Positions 8,877-18,846 of a stretch of 64,000 nt of DNA are shown one piece after another. The translations under genes were made by a program, and so were the position numbers. Source of the stretch: Candidatus Brockarchaeota archaeon (GTDB lineage: Archaea > Thermoproteota > EX4484-205 > JAAOZP01); NCBI GenBank assembly GCA_017601345.1, contig JAFNIT010000001.1, positions 12,835 to 76,834 on the forward strand, in the 5' to 3' direction. How positions within the stretch are numbered: position 1 is the stretch's first letter; every line of letters begins with the position of its first letter. The notes beneath the pieces are model-generated. The model was not told where the DNA came from. It did not search any database and saw only the letters and a program-made list of their open reading frames with translations.

Positions 8877-10753
8877 ACGAGACTAGAGAAAACCTTGTAT
8901 TTTTTGCGCAAAGAACATGGTCATGGAATGCTAAGAGTAAAATCCTATACCTATCTGCTCAGAAAATCGACTCTTCTCTTTTCTGCAACATTATACATAA
9001 GCTTACACATCTTTCCCCGAGAAGAATTATAGTTCATCTTGATGATGAATGGTACGAGGTCAATAAAGAATGCTTAGATTTTCTAAAGAAATGCTCTCAA
9101 AGAGTTATTGAAGAGAAAAACAAGCGTTATAAAGCTCTTGTTGAAAAAAATTGTGACGACTACGCTAACCTGGATGATATTCAGAAAGAGCTCTGTATTA
9201 CTCCGTCTTACGGTACCTTATACTTAAAATGCTTAAACCAGATGCTGGAACTTAATATACCCGGCGAGTTATTGACCAGATGCGATATTAAAGATATGGA
9301 AAATGTTTTTAACAAGAAGTTTTCGGACAACCATAGATACGTAATAGGCCACTTACTCTACTCAATAGACGAAAGAAATAGTCTTTACAGAGTTTCCTTC
9401 TTATCAGACGATTATTTCTGGATTAATAAAGAGCTTTCGATACTCCTACGTCATGCTTATTCTGAAGAAATGCTTAAGAGTGGAAGGCTAGATCAAATTT
9501 ACAGACACAGGCTTAAAACTGGTTTAAGATTCTTAAAAATTCTGACTTCAAGAGAAATCGAGAAGTCAGTAAAGAAGTCTCTCGTTAAACATGCTCTATA
9601 CTCTTCGATTGGATTATCCAAGATCTTTCCTTTAATAATCGATGATAATGTGCAAAACTTCTTCTTAGACAATGTTGGTGAAAAGTTGTATGTAGATCAC
9701 GCCGTTTTTGGAAGACTAGATACAAACCTCAGATTTCAAGAGAAGGATTTTGAAAGCTTCATAACCCTGATCAAAAGAGAATCTAACCTTAATCTGGATT
9801 ATGCTAATCCTTCAATTAAGACTTCCATATTTTTTGATAAAATACCTATAAGAATTTCGGTAGATATTCCTCCCCTAACTTGGGGTAAGGGAGTTATAGA
9901 TGTACGGAAGCATATGAGTAATGTTCTTTCTCTCAAGTACCTTCTGGAGACGCATTATTTTTCTCCAGAATCCGTTGCCTTCTTAATCTTTGCCACACTT
10001 AACAGGGCCAACATATCTATAGTTGGAGAACCGAATTCTGGAAAAACTTCTCTCTTAAACTTTTTGAGCTACTTCATGCCCTCCTGGTGGCGCATAGTGC
10101 ACATAGAAGATGCTCTTGAAACACTCCCCCAAAGAGTTTCTGATCAACACAGGATAGTATACATTGTCGAGCCATTCGAAAGCAGGGAAGCTAAGGATAC
10201 TAAAACTCTCGAAATAATTAAGGTACTTCACAGAACCCCTTCTTATCTAATTCTTGGAGAAATCCAGACTAGAGGGCATGTAAAAGCAATGTTTCGAGCA
10301 GTTTCCGCTGGACTCAGGATAATGCATACTGCACATGCTTCCGATAGCAATGGATTTATTAAGAGGCTTGTAAAAGTATACGGTATCCCAGAGCTACTCA
10401 TATCGGAACTGGACTTGATAATAACTATGAAGAGAGTAGAATGGAGAAATACAGTTAAACGGTTTATAAGCGAGATAAAGATAGTTGATGAGAACTCTGG
10501 TTTGAAGAAAGTTTACGCTAATAATAATTTTTTAAAAAATTCTGCATACTATGATGATTTAAACGCTTCAAAGATATTTAGAAAATTAGCACGTTTAAAC
10601 TGTATTGAAGAAAATGTTCTTCAAGAAATGTATGAGGATATTAAAAGAATAATTATTAATCACGCTTTTTCAGAAAACTCCGTTATCAGGAAGCTTGTTA
10701 TTGAAACCTATTCGAAGACTTTAGGGGGAAATAGAAGCTATGAAAAGTATTAA
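8873..10753 (+). CDS. Type IV pilus/secretion ATPase (TadA/VirB11/ArlI family)
   Basis: Walker A GEPNSGKT, Asp box HIEDALE, Walker B YLILGEIQ, His box MHTAHA. Confidence 0.9.
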   Translation: MNETRENLVFFAQRTWSWNAKSKILYLSAQKIDSSLFCNIIHKLTHLSPRRIIVHLDDEWYEVNKECLDFLKKCSQRVIEEKNKRYKALVEKNCDDYANLDDIQKELCITPSYGTLYLKCLNQMLELNIPGELLTRCDIKDMENVFNKKFSDNHRYVIGHLLYSIDERNSLYRVSFLSDDYFWINKELSILLRHAYSEEMLKSGRLDQIYRHRLKTGLRFLKILTSREIEKSVKKSLVKHALYSSIGLSKIFPLIIDDNVQNFFLDNVGEKLYVDHAVFGRLDTNLRFQEKDFESFITLIKRESNLNLDYANPSIKTSIFFDKIPIRISVDIPPLTWGKGVIDVRKHMSNVLSLKYLLETHYFSPESVAFLIFATLNRANISIVGEPNSGKTSLLNFLSYFMPSWWRIVHIEDALETLPQRVSDQHRIVYIVEPFESREAKDTKTLEIIKVLHRTPSYLILGEIQTRGHVKAMFRAVSAGLRIMHTAHASDSNGFIKRLVKVYGIPELLISELDLIITMKRVEWRNTVKRFISEIKIVDENSGLKKVYANNNFLKNSAYYDDLNASKIFRKLARLNCIEENVLQEMYEDIKRIIINHAFSENSVIRKLVIETYSKTLGGNRSYEKY

Positions 10754-11321
10754 GAAGCTTTTAACATCTCTTTACATTTTAGCACCAATAAGGAAAAAAG
10801 AAGAGAGTTCTTATGAGATAGTGACTCCATTGGTAATGGATATCATTACTGCTAAAACAATTTATAATGATTTATATAAGACATTTTATAGCGTTTCAAA
10901 AAAGGAATATGGCAATATCTACAGCTTATTAAGAAAATGTCTTAGGGAGAACTTAAATGGGAAGGATATGCAAAAAATGATAAAAAATTCTTTACAAAAT
11001 GATCCAGAACTATTAACTATTATTGATCAAGCATTTTCCATCGATGTAAAGAAAATAAGTTCAGAAGAAGTCCTAGTGCTCTTTAGGATTTTTGAATCTA
11101 AGGCAAGAAGGAAATATCAAGAATATACTCTAAAGCTTAACTCCTTGGTTTCTATTTTCTTCTTCTATATCTTCCTTGTTCCAACTCCAATTATACTGAT
11201 CTCAGAATTCCTGCCACAGACTTCCTATATACTACTGCCAATCTTTTTCATTTCCAATACCCTGATATTTAGAATATTTTTTAATAAGATTAGGAGGATC
11301 AAGAGTGAATTATTAGGTTGA
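10740..11321 (+). CDS. TadB/TadC-like membrane platform protein
   Basis: Helical cytoplasmic region then two TM helices; directly after ATPase. Confidence 0.6.
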   Translation: MKSIKKLLTSLYILAPIRKKEESSYEIVTPLVMDIITAKTIYNDLYKTFYSVSKKEYGNIYSLLRKCLRENLNGKDMQKMIKNSLQNDPELLTIIDQAFSIDVKKISSEEVLVLFRIFESKARRKYQEYTLKLNSLVSIFFFYIFLVPTPIILISEFLPQTSYILLPIFFISNTLIFRIFFNKIRRIKSELLG

Positions 11322-12091
11322 GGAATATTTATTATTATATATTAATTGAAGCAGGAATTCTTATTTTAGCATTTATCTTAAAACTCGAGATTCCAGCTAT
11401 AACTTCATTGCAACTTCTAGTATATACATTAATATTGACCAAAAATGGAGATGATGTGGATTCTCCAAAAACACTGGATTTGAGAGCAGTGGAGAAGATA
11501 TCCGAATATCCTGGAAACTTGGAAAATTTAGTTTTTAAATCATTTTCAGATATTAATGGGGAAACGGATTGTCGTAAGATTTTCGAAAAAGCTATTCACG
11601 ACAACATAAACGGTTTTCCAATAGGAAAAGCTCTAGTAAAGTATTCCAAACCATCAGATAAAACTATTAAAATATTGATGAAACTCGTTTCAAGCCTATT
11701 CGTTAGAGATGCGTCTTCTGTCAAAAAAGTTTTAGAAACATATATTATCATTCTGAAAGAAAACGAGATATTGAAAAATGAGAGAAGAAACATTTTTTCA
11801 GAGGCGAGGTTTAGAGCCAGAATAATGCTAATCGTTAGTGCTCTTTTAATGGGATTTCTTTCAGCAACGGGACCAGTAATCCACATGTTCTCTTCTTTTT
11901 CATCAAAGCCGATTCTTCAATTAGAAGCATCGCAAACATTTTCATTATTTACGTATTTACTGAGCGTTTCGATACTAGTACATTATTCTCTCTCTTATAA
12001 GAAGCTTTTGAAAACATTGCTATACTCCATAACCAGTTTTGCACTCTCTTTTCTAATATTTAACAAAGTACTTACAGCATTCCTATTTTAA
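11318..12091 (+). CDS. TadC-like membrane platform protein
   Basis: NGFPIGKAL T2SSF-like segment plus multiple TM helices. Confidence 0.6.
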   Translation: MRNIYYYILIEAGILILAFILKLEIPAITSLQLLVYTLILTKNGDDVDSPKTLDLRAVEKISEYPGNLENLVFKSFSDINGETDCRKIFEKAIHDNINGFPIGKALVKYSKPSDKTIKILMKLVSSLFVRDASSVKKVLETYIIILKENEILKNERRNIFSEARFRARIMLIVSALLMGFLSATGPVIHMFSSFSSKPILQLEASQTFSLFTYLLSVSILVHYSLSYKKLLKTLLYSITSFALSFLIFNKVLTAFLF

Positions 12092-12157
12092 ATGTCTCTT
12101 AATTCCATTGGAGCTTATATTTTGTTCATCTCCATTTGTAAATGAGGTGATGTAGAT

Positions 12158-12346
12158 TTGAAAATGAGAATTAAGGGATCGCAATTAATAGAAGAAGGGT
12201 TGCTTGTTGTGCTTGCACTAGTAATGCTTGGAGCAGTCTTTGGGATTTCAAAACAAATCGTGGATCACATAGCCAGTTTCTTCAACTCTCTAATAAAGGG
12301 TGTAAGTGACTTAGGCTATAGCCTATTCGGATGGCTCCTTCCTTAA
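12158..12346 (+). CDS. Major pilin candidate with class III signal peptide
   Basis: MKMRIKG/SQLIEEGLLVVLALVMLG: basic leader, G at -1, E at +5, hydrophobic helix; SD GAGGTGA upstream. Confidence 0.75.
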   Translation: MKMRIKGSQLIEEGLLVVLALVMLGAVFGISKQIVDHIASFFNSLIKGVSDLGYSLFGWLLP

Positions 12347-12350
12347 AATA

Positions 12351-14123
12351 ATGGATCAAAAAATAGATCCAATATACTTCGTATTTCTTATAGTGTTACT
12401 CATATCGATGCTTAAACATATTGCAGCCGCTTTGCCTTTTTCTTTCAACAATTACTTTCCTGCCGTTTTGCCTACAGTATTCTCCCTAATAACAATCATA
12501 ATAGTATTTTTATTAAAACGCTCCAAATCTATTAAAAGTATACTACCAATTAATGACGAAAAATACTTTATTGTGAAAACAGACTCTTCTGAATTAATAA
12601 TAGGAGGGGTTTCAATATCCCCTGAAGAAAGCTCTGAATTAAGAAGTATTAAAGCCGACGATTACTATCGGAGGGTTCAGAGTTTCATAAGTGGTATTTT
12701 AAAGTCCGGAGTTTCACTCACATGCGTAACGCATATTTCTCCCGTTGAGGCTTTTGAGGACTCTGCTCATTTGACGCAGCTTTTAATAGTCAGTAGAAAA
12801 ATAGGTCGAGAGGGTATTAACGAAGCTATAAAAATGCTTGAAACAGATATTGAAAAAATGAGATCTATTTACAATACTGCTTTTCCAGAACTGAAAATAG
12901 TCAGGTTGAGTGGAGAGAAACTTATTAAGTATTTGAACAGTATTTTAATAGATAAGTCTGTCTTAGGAAAGTCTAAAGTAAGAGATTTAGCAAATTCGCT
13001 CGCACTGCATGTACCTGGATATACTTCCCTGCTTCCTTCAAATTCTTATATTGAACATGAGGGGGGAAAAGAAACGATAGATTTAGGATCGGTTATTTTC
13101 AGTGGTTCTAAAATTGCTCCGTTAAAATTAAAGATCAATATGTTTGAAAAGCATGTTGCCATATATGGTTCAACAGGATCGGGAAAGACAACTACCGCCA
13201 AACATATAGTGAGAGAATTAGCAAGATTGGGATATTCTTTAATGATTCTAGACTGGCATAATGAATACCGTCATCTTGCAGAAGAGCTTAATGGAAGAAT
13301 TTTAGGATTAGGGTCTTTCGCTTTAGATATAATTAACCCCATTGAATCTAGCAATGTATCTGAGCATGTTGCAATGGTTACAGATATTTTTGATCAAATA
13401 TATAATTTTACACCGTCACAATCGTATATGTTTAGAGAGGTGCTTTTACAAACGTTAACAGAGAACATGCTCGGTATTAAAGCATATGATCCTTTGGTTT
13501 CCTTTATAGATACGTTGGAGAAATGGAGTATTAAATCATTCTATGAAAATGAGACAAAGTTTGCATTGTTAAGAAGATTAAGACCTTTAGTAACAGGACA
13601 GAACAGAGAAATTTTCTGCAATAGGGATAAGCTAATAAGCATCAGAGATATATTAGAAGGAATTACTGTTTTCGAGCTCGGAGATATCATAGAAGTAGAC
13701 ATGCGTAAACTGACTTCACTTTTCATTTTAGCATTACTTTACGAATTTAGATTAAAGAATAGGGATTCGAAGCGCCACTTCATCGTATTAGAAGAAGCGC
13801 ATAATATACTTCCTTACAGGAGGCGTGATTCACCACAGACTATAGCTGAAAAATTATTTTTAGAGATGAGGAAGTTTAATGAAAGTTTAATACTTATATC
13901 ACAATTTCCGTCGCAAATTTCTCCAGAAATAGTAAAGTCCACCGGTTTGAAAATCTCTCACAGAATATGTGAGGGGGAGGAGTCGAGAATCTTAATGGAT
14001 ATAATGGGCTTATCTCAGGAAGATTATGACCTTCTTAAGAGGCTTCCCCCGGGATATGGCTTTTTAACGGCTGAAGGCATTTCTAAACCAATCTTTTTAT
14101 CTATCTATTTCAACGAAAAATGA
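12351..14123 (+). CDS. Membrane-anchored HerA/VirB4-like (DUF87-type) ATPase
   Basis: Two N-terminal TM helices, KHVAIYGSTGSGKT, ILDWHNEY, IVLEEAHN, EMRKF, ISQFP. Confidence 0.85.
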   Translation: MDQKIDPIYFVFLIVLLISMLKHIAAALPFSFNNYFPAVLPTVFSLITIIIVFLLKRSKSIKSILPINDEKYFIVKTDSSELIIGGVSISPEESSELRSIKADDYYRRVQSFISGILKSGVSLTCVTHISPVEAFEDSAHLTQLLIVSRKIGREGINEAIKMLETDIEKMRSIYNTAFPELKIVRLSGEKLIKYLNSILIDKSVLGKSKVRDLANSLALHVPGYTSLLPSNSYIEHEGGKETIDLGSVIFSGSKIAPLKLKINMFEKHVAIYGSTGSGKTTTAKHIVRELARLGYSLMILDWHNEYRHLAEELNGRILGLGSFALDIINPIESSNVSEHVAMVTDIFDQIYNFTPSQSYMFREVLLQTLTENMLGIKAYDPLVSFIDTLEKWSIKSFYENETKFALLRRLRPLVTGQNREIFCNRDKLISIRDILEGITVFELGDIIEVDMRKLTSLFILALLYEFRLKNRDSKRHFIVLEEAHNILPYRRRDSPQTIAEKLFLEMRKFNESLILISQFPSQISPEIVKSTGLKISHRICEGEESRILMDIMGLSQEDYDLLKRLPPGYGFLTAEGISKPIFLSIYFNEK

Positions 14124-14709
14124 GATTCAGCTTCTCGGAATGCTTAGAGAAATAACTAATCCAATCCACTTCATCACTCTTACATTTAAAGTCATTCTTA
14201 TAGCATTTCATAAACCTGTAATAGAGGTTTTTAATGCTTTTCCTAGTAGTGTCTAACTGTATGATCCTTACCTTTTTCAAGTATTTTTTAGCATTTAAGT
14301 AACAATAATCCGTAAGCTCCGATTCAACATTCTCCCTCGCTTTTTCCTCATTATATCCTTTAATTTTCCTGAGTCTATGCCAAAGAACATCAGGTCTGCA
14401 TCTCAATACGATACAACAGTCCACGTACTCAGCTGGAGAAACCTCCGCAGCATAATGGCCGTCTATTAGGAGGTTTAAATCCTCTCCAAGCTTGCTTAAA
14501 ATATATTTTCGTAAAGCCTTCTTCAGAACGCTTGTATCCACAATTCTAGTTTTCATAATACTGTCGTAGCCGATTACAGCATTCGAATCTATTGCAAACT
14601 TTCCCAAGTCAAGATGTACCCATCCTCTATTCTTTCTCACTACATAGCTGCACAGAGATGTTTTGCCGGTTCCAGCTGTGCCAGTAACAACTATGATTTT
14701 CCTCATCAC
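14110..14709 (-). CDS. Adenylate kinase, AK6/Fap7 family
   Basis: VTGTAGTGKT, IDGHY, VLRCRP..L..RL, KARENVESE. Confidence 0.85.
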   Translation of the reverse strand: MMRKIIVVTGTAGTGKTSLCSYVVRKNRGWVHLDLGKFAIDSNAVIGYDSIMKTRIVDTSVLKKALRKYILSKLGEDLNLLIDGHYAAEVSPAEYVDCCIVLRCRPDVLWHRLRKIKGYNEEKARENVESELTDYCYLNAKKYLKKVRIIQLDTTRKSIKNLYYRFMKCYKNDFKCKSDEVDWISYFSKHSEKLNLIFR

Positions 14710-14813
14710 TGCAATGAAAAGTTGAAGGTGTATAAAAATAGGTAACTAGGATTTGAGATTTTAAGGGTTGTCAAGATAAAGCTTTTATTCATCTTTTTTC
14801 TAAAACAATAATA

Positions 14814-14888
14814 GCGGCGTTCGTCTAGTCTGGTTAGGACACCAGCCTTCCAAGCTGGGGATCCCGGGTTCAAATCCCGGACGCCGCA
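14814..14888 (+). tRNA. tRNA-Gly(TCC)
   Basis: GCGGCGT/ACGCCGC-A acceptor, CCAGC-CTTCCAA-GCTGG, GGTTCAAATCC. Confidence 0.97.
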
Positions 14889-14931
14889 TAAAAGCCTAAT
14901 AACCCATTTACCTCTTCTGCATAAGGTTTAG

Positions 14932-15282
14932 TTGGTAAAAAAGAAAGCAATCGCAATAGCGCGCGAGAGGATTGATATTTTGATAAGAATGGCCCTAGAT
15001 ACCGCAAGTGAAAACGTTAGTGATGCAGAGTCGTATGTTAAGCTTGCTTGGAGAATAGCTGAGAAGTTCAATATAAGGGGAAAAACAATACTTAGAAGGT
15101 ATTTTAGGTGTAGTAAATGTAAGAATTTTCTAATACCGGGTTATAGTTGTCGGATTAGGATATTGAAGAAAAGGGGACTGGGGGTTATTTGCATGAAATG
15201 CGGAAAACTTAAGATAATACCGATTTTTAATGAAGAAATAATAAGTCGGACAGCACGTCTAAAAGCAGGAATTGGGTCCTGA
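14932..15282 (+). CDS. rnp4: Ribonuclease P protein component 4 (Rpp21)
   Basis: IARERIDIL, CSKC..FLIPG, CMKCG. Confidence 0.9.
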   Translation: MVKKKAIAIARERIDILIRMALDTASENVSDAESYVKLAWRIAEKFNIRGKTILRRYFRCSKCKNFLIPGYSCRIRILKKRGLGVICMKCGKLKIIPIFNEEIISRTARLKAGIGS

Positions 15283-15286
15283 ATTC

Positions 15287-15886
15287 ATGATGGAGTTAGA
15301 GCATTTCGTAAAATCCTTCATTCTGCTATTTGCAATATTGGATTCTGTAGGCAATGTTCCTGTTTTCCACGCTTTCTTAGAATCTGCACCTGTAGAAAAA
15401 AGGAGGAAAATAATATGGGAATCTGTAGTTGCAGCAACTTGTGTCCTAATATTTTTCGCCCTGCTCGGCTCAGCTATGTTCAGCTTCCTCGGAATAAGAT
15501 TATCGGATTTCTACATAGCCTCGGGAATAGTGCTTGTAGCAATCTCTCTAAAATACATAATCGTTGGGGAGGAGGCCGAGGTCAGGGACGAGAAATTCGA
15601 GGAGATATCTGTTTTCCCACTGGCAACTCCACTCCTCGCAGGACCGGGAAGCATATCTACTGTCATCATAATATCCAACCCCCCCTACAATGTTTTTACC
15701 TGTATAATTGTAATCATTCTTAACGCGATTCTAGCATACTTGATACTTTTGAATGGTGATAGGATTATGAACAGCATAGGGAGAACACCGTCAAAACTCA
15801 TTGCAAAAATATTCAATCTTATAATAGTGGCTTTTGGAATAGTAATGATCAGAAATGGTTTAGAAGTATTTCTAGACATTAGATGA
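15287..15886 (+). CDS. MarC-family integral membrane protein
   Basis: LFAILDSVGNVPVF, VFPLATPLLAGPGSI. Confidence 0.9.
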   Translation: MMELEHFVKSFILLFAILDSVGNVPVFHAFLESAPVEKRRKIIWESVVAATCVLIFFALLGSAMFSFLGIRLSDFYIASGIVLVAISLKYIIVGEEAEVRDEKFEEISVFPLATPLLAGPGSISTVIIISNPPYNVFTCIIVIILNAILAYLILLNGDRIMNSIGRTPSKLIAKIFNLIIVAFGIVMIRNGLEVFLDIR

Positions 15887-15925
15887 CGAAAAGGTTAATA
15901 TAGTGCTCAACGAAGAGTTAGGGAA

Positions 15926-16019
15926 GGAGGTGTAGCGCGTGTACAGCGTAAATACTGCCATAAGGGGGCGAGACTACCTGCATACAGAATGCAGAAACAC
16001 CTCTAGCTGGAGAAATTAA
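15926..16019 (+). promoter_or_regulatory. Leader element upstream of leuA: SD (15926-15932) and 26-aa leader ORF (15939-16019)
   Basis: GGAGGTG then GTG ORF MYSVNTAIRGRDYLHTECRNTSSWRN; homologous to element before ilvB; TATA-like TTAATATA at ~15895-15902. Confidence 0.7.
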
Positions 16020-16051
16020 TAGTTTCAGAACGTTTTGGGGAGGCGGGTCCG

Positions 16052-17590
16052 ATGGTTTGGAGGGGATATTTTACTGAGTCCCAAATACCTGAGAAAGTTG
16101 TGCTTTTTGACACTACTTTAAGAGACGGTGAGCAAACTCCCGGCGTAGCACTTACCCCTGAGGATAAGCTTAAGATAGCCAGACAACTTGACATTCTCGG
16201 AGTACCTGTAATAGAGGCAGGTTTTCCAGTAACTTCGCCTGGAGAAGAAGAGGCTGTTAGAAGAATAGTGAAGGAAGGGTTGAAGGCGGAGATAACCGCC
16301 TTGGCGAGATCTTCAAAGCAGGATATAGAGAAGGTTGCCTCAACGGGCGCTCAAAGAATACACCTTTTCATTGCCACTTCAGATATACATTTGAGTAAGA
16401 AGCTAAAGATAAGCCGGGAGGAAGCAATTAAGAGAGCTGTAGAGGCTATTGACCTAGCAAAGTCCTACGGGATGAAAATAGAGTTCTCTGCAGAAGATGC
16501 AACTAGAACAAACTTAGATTTCCTCATAGAGTTCTACAAGGCTGTTGAGGAAGCGGGGGCAAACATAGTCGACATACCGGATACCGTTGGCGTGGCAACA
16601 CCATTCGCCATGAGAGAAATAGTTAGGAGAGTACGAGAAGCATTGAGGATTCCGGTAGCAATTCACTGTCATAACGACATGGGGTTGGCGGTTGCAAACA
16701 CTCTTGCAGGAATCGAGGGCGGGGCTACGGAAGCGCATGTAACAGTTAATGGTCTTGGTGAAAGAGCTGGCAATGCAAGCCTCGAGGAAGTAGCAGTTTC
16801 CCTTAAAGTGCTCTACGGTGTAGAAACAGGTATAAATTTCAAGGAGATATATAATACCTCTCGGATGGTTTCGTCAATAACTGGAATAACAATACCTGTG
16901 AACAAGCCGATAGTTGGAGAGAATGCTTTCTCGCATGAGAGTGGAATACATACCCATGGCATAATCTCTTCCCCCGAGACCTATGAGCCGATAGACCCTG
17001 AATTCGTCGGGACTAAGAGAAGGATCATAGCAGGGAAGCATGCAGGAACGCATGGTATTTCTGCACAATTGAAAGAAATGGGATACACTCCAACCGAGGA
17101 AGAGCTTAACAAAATAGTGAAAATAGTTAAGGAGATGGGTGATCAGGGTAAGAAGGTTACTGATGCCGAGCTCGCCTCCATAGCTGAGAGCGTGATGGGC
17201 TATGGAATCAGTGAGAAAGAACGTATTGAACTCGATGAATTGATGGTAGTCACTGGTCTAAACATTACTCCTACGGCAGCGATAAAAATAAGGTGGGGAG
17301 GCCAGTCTTGGAGGGGGGCAGAGTTCGGAGTAGGCCCAATAGATGCTTCGATAAAAGCTGTTGGCAAGCTTCTCGGGGACTTGATAAAGATAAAGCTTGA
17401 AAGCTTTAAGCTGGAGGCGATAACCGGCGGCACAGAGGCTTTTGCAGAAGTAACCGTCCGAGTTTCCGATGAGGGAGGGAGGAGCGTTACTGCAAAAGGC
17501 TTCAGTAAAGATATTGTTTTAGCTGGAGTCTACGCAATACTGAATGGTGCAAACAGGCTGATACAAATAAGAAAGGCGAGTGCTAAATGA
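16052..17590 (+). CDS. leuA: 2-isopropylmalate synthase (LeuA/CimA family) with C-terminal regulatory domain
   Basis: FDTTLRDGEQTPG, HCHNDMG, GLGERAGN, HESGIH, GVGPIDA. Confidence 0.88.
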   Translation: MVWRGYFTESQIPEKVVLFDTTLRDGEQTPGVALTPEDKLKIARQLDILGVPVIEAGFPVTSPGEEEAVRRIVKEGLKAEITALARSSKQDIEKVASTGAQRIHLFIATSDIHLSKKLKISREEAIKRAVEAIDLAKSYGMKIEFSAEDATRTNLDFLIEFYKAVEEAGANIVDIPDTVGVATPFAMREIVRRVREALRIPVAIHCHNDMGLAVANTLAGIEGGATEAHVTVNGLGERAGNASLEEVAVSLKVLYGVETGINFKEIYNTSRMVSSITGITIPVNKPIVGENAFSHESGIHTHGIISSPETYEPIDPEFVGTKRRIIAGKHAGTHGISAQLKEMGYTPTEEELNKIVKIVKEMGDQGKKVTDAELASIAESVMGYGISEKERIELDELMVVTGLNITPTAAIKIRWGGQSWRGAEFGVGPIDASIKAVGKLLGDLIKIKLESFKLEAITGGTEAFAEVTVRVSDEGGRSVTAKGFSKDIVLAGVYAILNGANRLIQIRKASAK

Positions 17591-18846
17591 GCGGGTTAAC
17601 AGCAATTCAAAAAGTGTTTTCAAGAAAAGCAGGTAAACGCGTTGAAGTGGGAGAGATAATTGAAGCGAAGGTAGATTTTCTTATGCTCCATGAGGTAACC
17701 GGACCCTTAGCAGTCGAAGAGTTTGAGAAGATATCTGAAAAAGTATGGGATCCCGGTAGAGTTGTCGTCATTTTCGATCACGATGTCCCACCAAGCACGA
17801 TTGAACTCTCAAACCAGATGAGAAGAATGAGGATTTTCGTCAAGAAATACGGCATAAGCAATTTTTACGAGGTAGGGAGGGGAGGTATTGCTCACCAAGT
17901 GCTCTTTGAAGAAGGTTTTGATATTCCAGGTTTCTTGATAGTCGGTGTTGACAGCCACACTTGCACTGCTGGAGCAACAGGTGCCGTAGGGATAGGAGTG
18001 GGTTCAACAGACGCTGCAGTGGTCTTAGCAACAGGTGAAATTTGGCTTAGAGTTCCTGAAACAGTGATCGTAGAAGTAAGGGGAGAGTTTCAAAGGGGGG
18101 TATTCGCTAAAGACCTTGCCCTGCATATCGTTGGGAAAATTGGAGCGAATGGGGCTACTTACAAGGTTGTAGAGTATTCGGGCGAGGCTGTAGAGAAATT
18201 ATCCTTATCGGAACGTTTAACTCTTGCGAATCTCTCTATTGAAATGGGAGCTAAGACAGGAATTGTTCAAACAGACTCTAAAAGCTTCGAATACGCTAAG
18301 AGCTTTAACAAGGAGGACCAGTATATGGATGTTAAAAGCGATCCTGATTCCGACTTTGATAAAGTAGAGATAGATGCTTCTCAACTGGAACCGGTGGTAA
18401 GTGTTCCACATAGTGTTGATAACGTTAAGCCCGTGAGGGAGGTTGAGGGTCTACATATAGACCAGGCTTTCTTAGGCTCATGTACCAACGGCAGGCTAGA
18501 TGACCTTCTCATAGCCTTTAAGATATTGAAGGGGAGGAAAATCGCTCCTTGGGTAAGGCTTGTAGTAGGCCCTGCTTCAGTAAAAGTGTATAGTGAAGCT
18601 TTGAGAATGGGAATAATCGAGGAGATTGTGAGGGCAGGAGGAATAGTCACATCCCCGACTTGCGGCGCATGCTTAGGGATGTCTAGAGGAGTCCTTGCAG
18701 AAGAAGAGGTTGCAGTTTCAAGTAGCAATAGGAATTTCATTGGTAGAATGGGTGCTAAAAGCAGTAAGGTTTACTTAGCTTCTCCAGCAACCGTTGTAGC
18801 ATCAGCAATAGAGGGGAAAATAGTAGATCCCAGGAGGTATCTCTAA
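17587..18846 (+). CDS. leuC: 3-isopropylmalate dehydratase large subunit
   Basis: DSHTCT, GSCTNGR, CGACLG, SNRNFIGRMG. Confidence 0.9.
   Translation: MSGLTAIQKVFSRKAGKRVEVGEIIEAKVDFLMLHEVTGPLAVEEFEKISEKVWDPGRVVVIFDHDVPPSTIELSNQMRRMRIFVKKYGISNFYEVGRGGIAHQVLFEEGFDIPGFLIVGVDSHTCTAGATGAVGIGVGSTDAAVVLATGEIWLRVPETVIVEVRGEFQRGVFAKDLALHIVGKIGANGATYKVVEYSGEAVEKLSLSERLTLANLSIEMGAKTGIVQTDSKSFEYAKSFNKEDQYMDVKSDPDSDFDKVEIDASQLEPVVSVPHSVDNVKPVREVEGLHIDQAFLGSCTNGRLDDLLIAFKILKGRKIAPWVRLVVGPASVKVYSEALRMGIIEEIVRAGGIVTSPTCGACLGMSRGVLAEEEVAVSSSNRNFIGRMGAKSSKVYLASPATVVASAIEGKIVDPRRYL

Noticed and set aside
15926-16051. Classical T-box riboswitch interpretation of the leaders
   Set aside because: No UGGNACC T-box or recognisable Stem I features in either leader
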